Positions 63,480-64,000 of a DNA stretch of 64,000 nt are shown here, one piece after another. Source of the DNA: Fimbriosthenelais zetlandica (Eukaryota). Every line of letters starts with the position of its first letter. Positions within the stretch are counted from its first letter, which is position 1. The notes under the pieces were generated by a model that worked only from the letters and a program-made list of their open reading frames with translations, was not told where the DNA came from and ran no database searches. The position numbers and the translations under genes were made by a program. The stretch spans positions 18,228,001 through 18,292,000 of the forward strand of contig OZ365116.1 in NCBI GenBank assembly GCA_977030845.1. Reading direction: 5' to 3'.

Positions 63480-64000
63480 TAACAGTGTAGGCTATAATAT
63501 GCAAACAAAGAAACCAAATAAAATACACGACTTAACATTGTGTAGTTTTATATAAAATCTATCATTATTCATATTATTCACAAATAATTCATCCATCTAT
63601 ACATCTCTGAAGGGTTTGTGAATTGTGATGCTTAAAACTTGTATATATATTAATGAGGTCTGACTCCTCATTAATATTGAGAATTCCCTTCTATGATCTG
63701 ATGCCTTCATCAAATCCCCATTTATTCATCAACGATACAACAGCGAGCCAGAACACCATAATTATCTTCTGTAGGATATTTCCACCTAAGACACACTTTG
63801 ATACAATAGGCACAGTTCATTTGGGAGGGTGAAAGTTGTTCATCCTTCAATTTATACAGCAACTGTGTTATACCAACACTGGCGTGGATGAGTAGCAATT
63901 GATAACAACTGCAAAACTGTTCTTCATTTCATGTCCAAAATCACGTAGTACAAGCGCCAACAATTTCCTCAAATCAAACCAGCCCACGCATTATATTTAT

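Overview
This is eukaryotic animal genomic DNA, AT-rich with spliceosomal introns; it looks lophotrochozoan, possibly bivalve, though the taxon is an inference. I reconstructed four intron-containing genes exon by exon by hand, with consistent reading-frame phases. (1) Blimp-1/PRDM1, + strand, 5 coding exons, 19032-31127, about 853 aa, PR/SET domain plus five zinc fingers, preceded by about 18.8 kb with no recognisable gene. (2) MRPS6, - strand, 3 exons, 49692-32752, 133 aa; it is absent from the ORF track and has a 14.4-kb intron 2 lying directly downstream of Blimp-1. (3) TAK1/MAP3K7, + strand, 50165-55677, head-to-head with MRPS6. (4) CDC5L, + strand, 16 exons, 56555-61368, 807 aa. The most interesting signals are: a duplicated, probably alternatively spliced GHRRxGS exon module with candidate microexons and RBFOX/MBNL motifs in TAK1; a probable Blimp-1 regulatory block with MRPS6 as bystander and many Su(H)/RBPJ sites; a degenerate hammerhead-ribozyme-like motif in MRPS6 intron 1; five Pumilio elements and three uORFs on the Blimp-1 mRNA; and an over-represented TACATGTA palindrome. 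I saw no rRNA, tRNA, CRISPR array or intact transposase. Protein comparisons are from memory of the human proteins, and motif expectations are rough hand estimates, not database results.
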